The notes under the pieces: generated by a model
What the model was told of the DNA's origin: nothing
What the model saw: the letters and a program-made list of their open reading frames with translations, nothing else
Database searches by the model: none
In this document: positions 32,508 to 42,708 of the stretch, in pieces
How the letters are laid out: each line of letters opens with the position of its first letter
Numbering within the stretch: the first letter of the stretch is position 1
From: a virus
IMG/VR virus record: IMGVR_UViG_3300005913_000002
Reading direction: 5' to 3' (one strand)
DNA length: 64,000 nucleotides
Position numbers and translations under genes: made by a program

Positions 32508-35500
32508 TAATAAACTCCTGTGCTGTTAGTTAGTGCTGTTGTGGCGTTAATTTGAGTAGAAGTAATCGAATCAATAATTTCAATATCATCAATTGATGCT
32601 CCGTTTACTAATATCTCATCTGATTGGCAAGTGATTTCATATAAACTACCGAATGGAACATTCGCCCTAGGTACAATAATAAAGTTTGTAATATCAGGAC
32701 TCATTATGTTCATAACATATGTAGATAGTTCGCTAAAATTAAATGTCTGTCCAAACTCCCAATTTTCTAGAGCAAAAAATTGATCGATTACTAATAAAAT
32801 TCTTGCTTTTAGATCGTTGTCTGTAGTAGGACGAGTGCTGTTTCTTACTGCTTTAAATGTTGCCTGTAAATTTCTAGTTGCTTTAGATCCAAACAATACT
32901 TTATATTTTGCAGGTCTGTAAATAATTTGATCGCTTATAGATTTAATAGGTTCTAATGCAGCAGCATAGTTTTCTTCTAATGAAGAACTTGTAGGAGGTA
33001 ACGGTTCGTTACTGTTATCTTCTAACAACCAATTTCTGTATTTGATATCATAGTTAGCAGTTAATAAGTATACATCAATTATGTTAGACTTGCTTGGATC
33101 AATTCTTCTATTTTCACCGCTGTTATGCTTATAGTGAAATTTTAAATTTGATCGACCTTCTTTGGCAAAGTAAAGTGGTTCTAAAACAAACTCAGTACCA
33201 TTGTACGATTTGATTATATTTTCTGCAGGATTGTAAAAATAATAAAGATTGTCTACAGATTTTGCGTTAGACGGAACTGCTGCTTCAGTAGGATACGCAA
33301 GCACATTAGTACTATCAATTAATGAATATGTTTGATAATTGTCAGATCTTACAAAATAAACAAATTTATCTTTAAATGTAGTTTGTGTGCTAGTAGAAGC
33401 AGGAGCAACAATGTCTTCAAAACTATCAGGATTATCAATTTGATTATCATCTAATTCATCAAAGAAACTTACTTTAATTTTTTTAGGTTCAATATATCCA
33501 TCTGGTTCAATTACATTTTCTTCTACCTGCCATAAATGTCCTAATTTTAACGGAGTTCCGTCTAACGGATTATTATTAATTTTAAGAATTTCAACTTGAT
33601 CTTTTACTAAAGTATTTTTTGTAAAATCAAAATTTCTAGAAGTTTTATCAAAAAAGAACGCTGTTTCTTTTTTACTTTCAAATATATATTCAGTTGATCT
33701 ATATCGGACTGTATACCCAATACCGTTCCATACAAAGGCAAATAACCAACTAGAATCTAAGTTAGTATTAGTTGCATCTTTTTGGTAAGTTAATTTAAAA
33801 GGACTAGTAAGATCAAGATCAGTGTCGTTTATAATATACCAAGTACGAGTATCTTGTGCAAAGGAAAGACCAAAATTTCTTTTGGAATTACACAACCCTA
33901 CAATGTCTGCTTGTAAATTAAAACTTAATATAGTATCAAAAGAAGGTATAATTGCTTCTGCAATTGCACTAGATGGTACATGCTGAGTTAAAATTACAGG
34001 ACCAGTTCCGTTAGGCAATGCGCCTAGGCCGCCGTATGCACCGTCACCAATAACAGTTGCAACTTTAACCCATAAAATATCTTTAGTAGTATTGTCTTGA
34101 GTAGAAGTTAATTTTCCTGTAGGTAAAAAATACTGACCGGCAGGAGCAACAAATTTAATAAGACTACCTGCTGCTGCATATTGAAGATTATTTCCAGAAA
34201 ATATGCCAGTTTGTAAAGGAACATTATCTATAGATGATTTAAAATATCCAGTAGTTTGATTAGTACTTTTTGTCAGTTGTTGCCAAGATACTATAGGATC
34301 AGTTAATGCAGGGCGAGGCCAGTTTTCATAATAAAAATTCTTCATTGCTGCAGATTCCAGAGCAGGAATTAATTCAGTACTTAATGCAGAATATATTGCA
34401 TTGTTAGATGAAAATGTAAAATTAAAACTTTGAGTTACTGCATCTTTGTATATAATTCCGTCACTTCCAAAAATGTTAGTGCTGGAGTATTTTCCGCTTA
34501 CATCGCTCAATTCATAATACTTAGAAATTCCACTTGATATTCTGTTTATACTTTTAATTTTAATAATGTCAGAACTAGCAGTTAATGGAGCAATATTATA
34601 ATCTTCCGCAGTAATCATACGATTCTGTGTATAATATGATTGGGGGGCTTTTTGTTTAATACTTGCATTAGATTCACTTGCTTCACTATTTGAAACAGTG
34701 TATTGCAAACTTAATGTCATTGTTATAGTTTGAAGTTGTCCTGTTTTGTTAAAGTAAGGAACTTCAATTTGGACACCGTTAACTTGCTCTGGTTTAATGT
34801 AGTACTTTAATCCGTTACTTTGTCTATAAAATAAAGAGAACTGGCCTTTAGGTAAATTACCAAATGTGCCGTCTGCAAAATTTAAATCAATTTGATCGTT
34901 TTCTCTAGTAGTTACCGTATAGATATTTCTTTTGTCAATACTAGTACTGTTATAGATAATATTGTTACCTGTTAAAGAGTTAACTTTAGTCCATTCAGTG
35001 ACATAATTACCGTTAGCATCAAGTTGCCATAACCAAATATCGGCGTCATTGATATCGCTTGCATTAATTCCTACAATTTCATTAGGTACAGGATTATCTA
35101 AAGAAAAATTAGTAACATTTAAGGCACCTTGTCGGAAATGCACAAAAAATCCAGTATTAGGACTTGCACTTCCTTTGGCATCATTTTTAAAGATAAAGTT
35201 AAATGGACTGCCGGGAGCAGGCGTTGATTCGTTAATTACATTACTACTGCTGAATTCACAACTAGTAATTTCAAACGGCATGTTAACGCCGCCAATGACC
35301 TTTGTAAAAGAATATATAGGAACATCAGTGTTAGCGGAATTAATTTTGTATTGCTCTGTAGGTACACCGGCAATAGGTTTTTTATCGTAAGGTTTTCCAA
35401 AAACTACGCTTGCTGGCATTGCAGAATTTAATATAGATACGAATTGCTGATACCAATTTAAATTACTAGTGTCGTTCCAACCAATAATAGTATTTGCTAA

Positions 35501-35905
35501 GTTGCTACCGTTAGCATCAAACACATCGTCAGTAGTACTAATTGCAGTTAACTTTAATAAACCATTAGCAGGGTTATTTCTAGAAGCATTGTAATTAATT
35601 AACTGCGCAAGTCTTAGCACACTGTCTCTACGATCAGCAGTTTCTAAAAAGTTTTCACGAGCATTTAAATCAACACGAAAACTTAAATTTTGCCCTAAGT
35701 ATGCGATAAGATCAATAAGAGCAATATATTCGCTAGATTCAATATAATCATTAAAATCTTCAGGATATTTTTCTCTTAAGTACGCAATCATTGTTCTACG
35801 AACAGTTTCAAAGTCGTATGACTTAAAGTCCGCATTTTTATAAGATTGGTATACTTTTTTCCAATCTTCTGTTACTAATAATTTTGAGTTCGTTGCCGGT
35901 ATCAT
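32507..35905 (-). CDS. gp6: baseplate wedge subunit gp6-like
   Basis: 'DFKSYDFETVR..YLR..EDFNDY..LIDLIAY..ENFLETA.RRDSVLRLA', 'FADGTFGNLP', 'ESNASIKQKAP..QNRMITAEDY'. Confidence 0.85.
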   Translation of the reverse strand: MIPATNSKLLVTEDWKKVYQSYKNADFKSYDFETVRRTMIAYLREKYPEDFNDYIESSEYIALIDLIAYLGQNLSFRVDLNARENFLETADRRDSVLRLAQLINYNASRNNPANGLLKLTAISTTDDVFDANGSNLANTIIGWNDTSNLNWYQQFVSILNSAMPASVVFGKPYDKKPIAGVPTEQYKINSANTDVPIYSFTKVIGGVNMPFEITSCEFSSSNVINESTPAPGSPFNFIFKNDAKGSASPNTGFFVHFRQGALNVTNFSLDNPVPNEIVGINASDINDADIWLWQLDANGNYVTEWTKVNSLTGNNIIYNSTSIDKRNIYTVTTRENDQIDLNFADGTFGNLPKGQFSLFYRQSNGLKYYIKPEQVNGVQIEVPYFNKTGQLQTITMTLSLQYTVSNSEASESNASIKQKAPQSYYTQNRMITAEDYNIAPLTASSDIIKIKSINRISSGISKYYELSDVSGKYSSTNIFGSDGIIYKDAVTQSFNFTFSSNNAIYSALSTELIPALESAAMKNFYYENWPRPALTDPIVSWQQLTKSTNQTTGYFKSSIDNVPLQTGIFSGNNLQYAAAGSLIKFVAPAGQYFLPTGKLTSTQDNTTKDILWVKVATVIGDGAYGGLGALPNGTGPVILTQHVPSSAIAEAIIPSFDTILSFNLQADIVGLCNSKRNFGLSFAQDTRTWYIINDTDLDLTSPFKLTYQKDATNTNLDSSWLFAFVWNGIGYTVRYRSTEYIFESKKETAFFFDKTSRNFDFTKNTLVKDQVEILKINNNPLDGTPLKLGHLWQVEENVIEPDGYIEPKKIKVSFFDELDDNQIDNPDSFEDIVAPASTSTQTTFKDKFVYFVRSDNYQTYSLIDSTNVLAYPTEAAVPSNAKSVDNLYYFYNPAENIIKSYNGTEFVLEPLYFAKEGRSNLKFHYKHNSGENRRIDPSKSNIIDVYLLTANYDIKYRNWLLEDNSNEPLPPTSSSLEENYAAALEPIKSISDQIIYRPAKYKVLFGSKATRNLQATFKAVRNSTRPTTDNDLKARILLVIDQFFALENWEFGQTFNFSELSTYVMNIMSPDITNFIIVPRANVPFGSLYEITCQSDEILVNGASIDDIEIIDSITSTQINATTALTNSTGVY

Positions 35906-35929
35906 AGGTAAAACAATCCAGTTATGGTG

Positions 35930-35937
35930 TATTTATA
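35930..35937 (-). promoter_or_regulatory. T4-type late promoter TATAAATA
   Basis: Exact consensus on the minus strand upstream of gp6. Confidence 0.7.
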
Positions 35938-35959
35938 GCAAAAATAAACTGGGTAGTTA

Positions 35960-36394
35960 TTACACTGCAAGGCCAGCATTTTTGTCAAATTTCAGGAGCA
36001 TATTCTCGCTAACATCCGATCCCGAGTATGTCAGTGTTAGTTCTATTAAGAATCCAAAGTCTTGTTCTACAATGTTAATAAATGTAGGAATTACTCTAGG
36101 ATCTGAATTGACTATTCTGTCAACATCCTCGGCAATAAACTGTCTAACAGTCGGAGTTAAAGGTTCAAAAATTAAATCCCATATGATAGAACCAAAGTTA
36201 GGATACATTAATCGTTCACCTTTGCGGGTGTTGAATTCGTTTAATATATCTTGTTTTATTAATTCAAAATCATATAGTTTGACATTGGTCGTAGACTCAT
36301 CTATCGTGCTAAATCCTTTATAAAACTGACTAATTTTAGTTTTAGATACGTTTTTAACGTTAGGAGGAGTAATAACCAAGTTCTTATATGCCAT
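35960..36394 (-). CDS. gp25: baseplate wedge subunit gp25-like
   Basis: 'TRKGERLMYPNFGSIIWDLIFEP', 'SDPRV' (GPW/gp25 family). Confidence 0.9.
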   Translation of the reverse strand: MAYKNLVITPPNVKNVSKTKISQFYKGFSTIDESTTNVKLYDFELIKQDILNEFNTRKGERLMYPNFGSIIWDLIFEPLTPTVRQFIAEDVDRIVNSDPRVIPTFINIVEQDFGFLIELTLTYSGSDVSENMLLKFDKNAGLAV

Positions 36395-36401
36395 AGTTTA
36401 T

Positions 36402-36408
36402 TATTTAT
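36402..36408 (-). promoter_or_regulatory. putative late promoter ATAAATA
   Basis: TAAATA on the minus strand, 7 nt upstream of the gp25 ATG. Confidence 0.5.
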
Positions 36409-36412
36409 TTTA

Positions 36413-38671
36413 TTAATTTTTGGGCGGATAGTAGCCAGTTCTAATAGGATTACCGTTGCTATCAAGTACAGGATTGCCGTTACCATCAGTCCATACTTGA
36501 GCATCTTCTGGAATTTTTAACATCTGTGTTCTAATATAAGTTAGTTGATTTCTAACTTTGGCAGCAGCTTCTGCTTTAGTAATGTTTCCATCATTATTAG
36601 CATCTAGTCCTTTATTTTGTCTGTAAGCAGTAGAAGGACTACTGAATAACACATAGTCTAAAGGTTTACCAACTGCTCGTGGCCATAAAATCTGCATATA
36701 TAGATCTTCAAGCGTAGGAGCAGCAATTTTACGCACAGGACCTGCTTTAAAATATTTTAATACCCAGTCCATTTGTTCTACTCGTGTCATTACTGCCAAT
36801 GCATCAGTGGTAGTGCCAAGACCCCTGGCAGTAGAAGGAATAAACTGAATTAGTCCAGTTGCTCCTATACTATTTCTTATAGACGGACTTAATGTTCTAC
36901 CTGTTTCGAACGCCATACAGGCTAATAAATCTATAAATGAACAATTTAATTCTTTAGCAACTTCAATAGCTTTTTTAACAAATGCATGATCGTCTGCCCA
37001 ATTTTTAGGCATGTCTGCCCTATTGTAATTTGTAGGAGGATTTTCTTTAGTTGCAGGACTAGATGATGCTGCACTATAACTAGATTGTGCTTGTGATTTA
37101 GTAGGAACATCAGTAGTGCTATCGGTATTGACAGAATTAAATTGACTTTGATTAATCGATTCGTGATGGTCCCACGGCTCATGTGTCGGGACTCGTTTCA
37201 TAATAGACGAAATATCATCTGCTTTATAGAACTTGCCGTCATCCCATCCTTCATCTTTACTTCTGTTAGGAAGATTATATTTTGGTAATGCTGTTGGAAT
37301 TTCAGCAATTGAAGATACTGTTGATTTAGTTGCTTCTGCGGCTATCTGATCACTACTGTTCATGTGAATTACAGCAGCAGTTTCTGTGTAAGTACTTCCA
37401 GATTTAACATTAAAAATACCAGTCGATTGTTGGAACATTTGGTCGCCGGCTTTAACATTAATATTTGAAGACGATTGCTGGAACATATCTGATGCTGAAT
37501 ATAGATGCATCTTATTTCCGGCAGTTTGAAGTATTGAACCGTTTGCGCCCACATTGAGATCTTTACCCACAGAAACAGTATTATTTTTTACAATAGTTTC
37601 ATCAAGATTGCCTGAAAAGTTTATTTTACCGTTGTTATCTACAATGAGTGTATAATTGCCGCCTACATCTGCTTGAAAATTTTCACCTACTGAAATATTA
37701 AGATTTCTGCCTGCTTCAATATTAATATCTCTATCTGCTTTAAAATTAAAATCTGCTTCTGTATGCACACTGACGGAATCTTTTGCATATATATCAATTT
37801 TTCCTTGTCCAGTTAATTCAATCCATGCTGAACCAGATGCATTAGCAATATAAATTAAATCATGAGTATTATGCATTAATATCTGATGGCCTGTCCGAGT
37901 TCGAATTCTCACAAGTTCATTTTGGCCATCAGCATCTCCATCATCCATAACAAATGTACTACCACCCAATCTGCTAACTGGTTGAGGAGAACTAGATTGG
38001 TAACCTACAGAACCTTTTTTACCGTTAGGATCTAATGGGCCTGGCGTCGAAATGCCAAACACTTGACTAGGAACTTCTCGCCTTGCACTACTAGAAGTAA
38101 CTCCTCTCACTGAATCAGTAAGAAGGCCTTGTGCTAACAGTCTATCGGCAAAAGGATGAATAGGTTTTGTAAATGTATCAGGCTTTCCTATTGAAGTACT
38201 TCTAGTTCCTTTTAAAAATTCTGCAACTGGAAGATTTCTAGTGCCGTACTTTCTTTCTTGCGCCGCTGTAATTGCAACATTTTTACTAGCAGCAATTCCC
38301 GGAACCATATGATTTTGAAATCTATCGGCTACACACCCAAACCAATAGCCTTGATTAGGATCACCTTCAATAAAAATACACATAACAGTAGAACCAATAT
38401 CCGGAGGAACTGCCCAGAATCCATAACTTTTTTGTACGTCTTGCCAATTAGAAGAATCATTACCTTCAAATCTAATTGATGTAGATCCATGGAACGGACT
38501 TAGATATTGAACAATAAAAGTTTCGCTTTGAACATTTAGTTCACCTGTTGTAGGTTTAACTAGAACAACTTCTAATCCGCCCATATAGGTAGGGTCTTGG
38601 TGACTAGTTACAATACCAAGCCACGGTCCGGGACTAGGTAATTTTGAATGAGAACGGGAAGTTATTGGCAT
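36413..38671 (-). CDS. gp5: baseplate hub/spike gp5 (VgrG-like) with C-terminal lysozyme-like transglycosylase
   Basis: OB-fold 'DPTYMG..PPDIGSTV..F..GD..YWFG'; beta-helix repeats; muramidase 'MAFETG..GATGLIQF'. Confidence 0.8.
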   Translation of the reverse strand: MPITSRSHSKLPSPGPWLGIVTSHQDPTYMGGLEVVLVKPTTGELNVQSETFIVQYLSPFHGSTSIRFEGNDSSNWQDVQKSYGFWAVPPDIGSTVMCIFIEGDPNQGYWFGCVADRFQNHMVPGIAASKNVAITAAQERKYGTRNLPVAEFLKGTRSTSIGKPDTFTKPIHPFADRLLAQGLLTDSVRGVTSSSARREVPSQVFGISTPGPLDPNGKKGSVGYQSSSPQPVSRLGGSTFVMDDGDADGQNELVRIRTRTGHQILMHNTHDLIYIANASGSAWIELTGQGKIDIYAKDSVSVHTEADFNFKADRDINIEAGRNLNISVGENFQADVGGNYTLIVDNNGKINFSGNLDETIVKNNTVSVGKDLNVGANGSILQTAGNKMHLYSASDMFQQSSSNINVKAGDQMFQQSTGIFNVKSGSTYTETAAVIHMNSSDQIAAEATKSTVSSIAEIPTALPKYNLPNRSKDEGWDDGKFYKADDISSIMKRVPTHEPWDHHESINQSQFNSVNTDSTTDVPTKSQAQSSYSAASSSPATKENPPTNYNRADMPKNWADDHAFVKKAIEVAKELNCSFIDLLACMAFETGRTLSPSIRNSIGATGLIQFIPSTARGLGTTTDALAVMTRVEQMDWVLKYFKAGPVRKIAAPTLEDLYMQILWPRAVGKPLDYVLFSSPSTAYRQNKGLDANNDGNITKAEAAAKVRNQLTYIRTQMLKIPEDAQVWTDGNGNPVLDSNGNPIRTGYYPPKN

Positions 38672-38672
38672 A

Positions 38673-41600
38673 TTATGTTATTGCGTTACCTTGATTATCT
38701 ACAACAGATGGTAATCCTAACCTTGCTCTTACAATAGGATCAGTGCCTGTGTAAGGAGGTGCATTAGGATCGTTTAAACTGTTAACTGCGGTATTCATGA
38801 GTTTATTTAAAGGCGAACCGACACTGCTGGATAAACTTCCAAATTGTGCAACTGCACTTTTGCCCATGTCTGATAAAGATAAGTTCGTTCCAGGATTACC
38901 TAATGCAGATTGTATATTTCCTGCAAGTCCCTCTATTGAGCCGCCTATGTTAGGCAACTTACTACCAATAGATAACAATGATGTTTTCATTCCTGCAACT
39001 ATATCAGTTACATTCGGTATTCCGGGGTTAAGTTGTTCTAGTTGTTTAGATATTGTATCAAATTTTCCAGAAGCAATATCTGCACCAGAGATACCTAAGG
39101 CGGCCAATGCAGATGCATTTCCGGCGGCGGCTTGGGGATTGTTACTAATTGCAATTGCCTGTGCTTCAGGTGAAAGTACTTTTAAATTAACGCCAAACAT
39201 ACTGGCATTACGCAGTGCTTGATCTACAGGGATACCTTTGGTTTTTGCATCAGCAATAACTGCGGTACGCTGTTCAGCAGACAGGGTAGATGCTACGCTT
39301 CTATTAGGCAATGCTGCAAGAGGAGCGTGAAGAAAAGGAGGAATTGATGGTAAGTTTTTAAAAGAGTCTACTCCCAAACTTCCCATAATAATACCTTGAT
39401 CTTTAGCCTTGTTAAGATCAGTATTTTTAGGTATTTCTTCTGCGGCTTGTTTTATTTGGTCTACTAACTTACTATCAACACCAGTAAGTTTAGATAACGC
39501 AGATGTATCGAGACCTAATTTAGCAGCGATCGAGCCGCCATTGGATTGAAATCCAAGAAGATTAACTCCAAACATACTGGCATTTCGTAATGCTTGATCT
39601 GCCGGAATTCCTTTTGTTTTTGCATCTGCAAGTACAGCATTCTTTTGAGCAGCAGTTAGACTGCCGCCACTGCCGCTTAGTCCCGGGATTGTAGGTGCAG
39701 TAATATTTCCTATTTTATCTTTAATACCACTCAGTGCGCCAGCAGGATCAAGAAATGCTGCACCAGTTAGAATTGGATTTCCAGAGCCATCTATAATAGA
39801 AGATCCATTTGCAGTTTTTAAAAATTCTTGTCCAGAAATACTAACTCCTGCAGCCAAGTTTGCAGCACCGGTTTTGATTGCTCCGGCGGTTTCTGAAAGA
39901 GATTTAGTTACATCAGTATTCAATAAAGAAGATGCATTGCTAGGGAGTAAGGAACTTGCAACCGAAGTTGCTTGATTTAACAATGATGCTGCACCTGTGC
40001 CTGCAAGTACTAATCCTGCTATTGACCCTACATCTAATTTCAGGCCGCCTTTAAGCAAATCGGAGCCGGCTAACACCGCACTTACACCAAATGCTGCCTT
40101 TGCTATTTGATTTAGTTTAGAAGATTCAGGTCCAGTAATTCCTGCAGGACTAGGAACTCCTCTACTGATCATTTTGTCAAGTTCAATGTTGTTTTCTTTG
40201 ACACCTTGTTGTGGTACTTCAGCAGGAGCACTGTCTTTTCTTGATTGCTCGCCAGGTTTTGATTCTATGTCATACTTAATAGGTAGCGGTTTCTTGCCTA
40301 TTTCATCATCAACTTGACCTGGAAATCTTATCAAGTTAAGTCGTTGTTTAAATATACCATTAGTAAACATGTGTTTAACTTTGATGACTTGATAAACTCC
40401 GCTGAACGGAACTAATTCAGAAAATTTATATTGTCCAGTAACGCTGTCAATATCTACTGGATTTCTAAAATTGATTCTACACAATACTGGTCCAAATTGA
40501 GGGGTTGCTTCTCCGTCAACTGTAAGACCTAGTTGTTTAAATCTTGCAAAATAATTTCCAATTCCCGACGTTGAAAGATAATACGGATCGCCTACTAGAT
40601 CTATTTCAGCCGTTAATAAATTAACACTTTCTAAAATTGCTTGGTGTGCATTATATGCCAATTGAAAGTACGGATCTGTTTTCGGAGCGCCTGCTCTTCC
40701 TTTGAAACTGCTAGAGTCTCCGTTAGCAACAAGTCCCGCTGTATCAAATTTAGATTCAGGAGCATCTTTTGAAAGACCGTTCGGTTGCTTAACTTGTACA
40801 TTATCAGAAGAGGCGGCGGCATCTTGCTTTTCCAATTTATCAGTATTGGCCATTTTAGGATTTGATGCTTGAAAGAATAAATGATTAAAATTTAATTTAA
40901 AATTAAGAACATCTATATTATTGCCAGTGTATATATAATTGTAAGTTCTTTTAACAAACGGTAATAATTCTTTTGCAGGAAATTTTTTAGACTGATAACC
41001 TGGCAATTTAGTATAATGAACCTTGTAAGGAACTACTAAGAATTGATATATGTGTTTGTGAATGTTCGTAGTAGTGTCGATTCCTAAAGGTAGTGTATTG
41101 ATTATTATTTGAAAATAATCAATCATGCCGTGTGCATCTTTTGCAGCATTTACGTCAGCCAATATTTCTTTTAAATAATGGCTATCACGAATAACCGCAG
41201 TAATAATATCAGTTATGTGACTGTCTTTTGCAAATTGAATTCTGCTTACTTGCGGATTTAATCTAAATTGTTCTGATTGAGTAGTTCCTCTGCCGCCTGT
41301 TACTGTAGAAACTTTTTCAGGAAATTTATATAAAGAATTTTCTCTTAAATTATTGTTGATAGATTTACCTGCTATCAAATTACCGTCACTGTTTTTTACA
41401 ATTTTGATATCTTTTCCGAGTTCAGGCATATTAGGAAAATAAATTTCATAAATGTCTCTTATAGTTTTAGTATTATCAGAATTTTTTTCTTTCTTTTCAC
41501 GTTCTTCTAAATGTTTGTTAACAATCGAAAATAAATTGTCTAAAACTTGTTTTACTGTATTACCTGTAAAAGATATGTCGGTATAAATTTCATTAGGATT

Positions 41601-42407
41601 GCCGTAACCGGCTTCGTTAAAAGGAATGGCTTTGCAATTGTATGTTGTTCCCTGCTCAGTTACATTCATTTCCGCACCAGTAAACTTAATAGGTATATAC
41701 TTAGTAGCATTTATTAGTTTTGGAGTAGGTAAATCAACATTGTCAGGATAACCAATAAATTCAATTTTTAATAAAAACGAAGCATTGAGATATCCTGTCC
41801 ATCCTGCGGCTAATGCCGTAGTATGTAGTGCTTCTATAAATCCATTTACACTAAATTGTTCAAATACATCAAATCTTACAGAAGTAGATAACGATGTGCC
41901 TGATTGTTCGGTAGGTGCAACTATAGAATCTATTTCTAAATTGTCAATAAAGAATTCGAATCGCCCTTGACTTTCTTTGTTAAATCCTTTAACAATATCA
42001 ACACCGCTTACATCATCTTCTCCAGGTATAATTTTTTTAATTTCAGTTGCCTCGTTGCCGCCGTTATCAAATATTAGTTCTGTTACTTCTTTTGTAGTTT
42101 TTATAGGAACTATATTAGAAGATATTGCATTAGGGCCTTTACCTTTAGTCGAAATAATAATATATTTTAATGTACTGTCTCTATAACTTTTAGGGTCTCG
42201 AATATTATTTGGTGTTAGCGCAGCCAATGTAAAATGATAGTTAACTGACCGGTAGTTGTTTAAAATATTAGGTTCTGAATTATTTGCTGTAGGATTATCA
42301 GAGAGTGCATTACTTGACGATTTATTAAGTAGTGCAGCAATGGCTTCACCTCCGTCGCCAGTCAAGTCTTGCTTACGCTCTGTAATGCCTGTTTGTTGTT
42401 TTGTCAT
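38673..42407 (-). CDS. baseplate hub / tail protein (gp27-like position) with low-complexity C-terminal extension
   Basis: Between gp53-like and gp5 genes; 'GDPYYL', 'FSGVYQVIKVKHMFTNGIFKQRL' hub-type motifs; Ala/Gly/Ser-rich tail. Confidence 0.55.
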   Translation of the reverse strand: MTKQQTGITERKQDLTGDGGEAIAALLNKSSSNALSDNPTANNSEPNILNNYRSVNYHFTLAALTPNNIRDPKSYRDSTLKYIIISTKGKGPNAISSNIVPIKTTKEVTELIFDNGGNEATEIKKIIPGEDDVSGVDIVKGFNKESQGRFEFFIDNLEIDSIVAPTEQSGTSLSTSVRFDVFEQFSVNGFIEALHTTALAAGWTGYLNASFLLKIEFIGYPDNVDLPTPKLINATKYIPIKFTGAEMNVTEQGTTYNCKAIPFNEAGYGNPNEIYTDISFTGNTVKQVLDNLFSIVNKHLEEREKKEKNSDNTKTIRDIYEIYFPNMPELGKDIKIVKNSDGNLIAGKSINNNLRENSLYKFPEKVSTVTGGRGTTQSEQFRLNPQVSRIQFAKDSHITDIITAVIRDSHYLKEILADVNAAKDAHGMIDYFQIIINTLPLGIDTTTNIHKHIYQFLVVPYKVHYTKLPGYQSKKFPAKELLPFVKRTYNYIYTGNNIDVLNFKLNFNHLFFQASNPKMANTDKLEKQDAAASSDNVQVKQPNGLSKDAPESKFDTAGLVANGDSSSFKGRAGAPKTDPYFQLAYNAHQAILESVNLLTAEIDLVGDPYYLSTSGIGNYFARFKQLGLTVDGEATPQFGPVLCRINFRNPVDIDSVTGQYKFSELVPFSGVYQVIKVKHMFTNGIFKQRLNLIRFPGQVDDEIGKKPLPIKYDIESKPGEQSRKDSAPAEVPQQGVKENNIELDKMISRGVPSPAGITGPESSKLNQIAKAAFGVSAVLAGSDLLKGGLKLDVGSIAGLVLAGTGAASLLNQATSVASSLLPSNASSLLNTDVTKSLSETAGAIKTGAANLAAGVSISGQEFLKTANGSSIIDGSGNPILTGAAFLDPAGALSGIKDKIGNITAPTIPGLSGSGGSLTAAQKNAVLADAKTKGIPADQALRNASMFGVNLLGFQSNGGSIAAKLGLDTSALSKLTGVDSKLVDQIKQAAEEIPKNTDLNKAKDQGIIMGSLGVDSFKNLPSIPPFLHAPLAALPNRSVASTLSAEQRTAVIADAKTKGIPVDQALRNASMFGVNLKVLSPEAQAIAISNNPQAAAGNASALAALGISGADIASGKFDTISKQLEQLNPGIPNVTDIVAGMKTSLLSIGSKLPNIGGSIEGLAGNIQSALGNPGTNLSLSDMGKSAVAQFGSLSSSVGSPLNKLMNTAVNSLNDPNAPPYTGTDPIVRARLGLPSVVDNQGNAIT
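39183..39660 (-). repeat. two ~34-aa internal repeats in the hub protein tail
   Basis: LTAAQKNAVLADAKTKGIPADQALRNASMFGVNL and LSAEQRTAVIADAKTKGIPVDQALRNASMFGVNL. Confidence 0.8.
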
Positions 42408-42408
42408 A

Positions 42409-42708
42409 TTACAATCCTAACGAATCTCTAAGAGTTTGTAACTTAGGAAGATAAATTTCAATACCAGCAACAAGGTCAAATGTAGGATCTTTTAGAATAT
42501 TTCTATTTCTAACAGCAAACACCCACCACAAATTAACATCTTCATAAAGATCATATGCAAGTAAATCAGGACGATTCTCATATTGATTAGTTACTGTAAA
42601 AAGAATATCGTCTTTTTGATTAGGAAAAGATCTTAATGTAAGTACATCAAGATAACCGCCAGTTATCTCAGTAGCATAGTAAGGACTAGTTTTAGAATAT
42701 ATTGTCAT
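42409..42708 (-). CDS. gp53: baseplate wedge gp53-like (LysM-fold) protein
   Basis: 'YENRPDLLAYDLYEDVNLWWVFAVRN...IYLP'. Confidence 0.8.
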   Translation of the reverse strand: MTIYSKTSPYYATEITGGYLDVLTLRSFPNQKDDILFTVTNQYENRPDLLAYDLYEDVNLWWVFAVRNRNILKDPTFDLVAGIEIYLPKLQTLRDSLGL

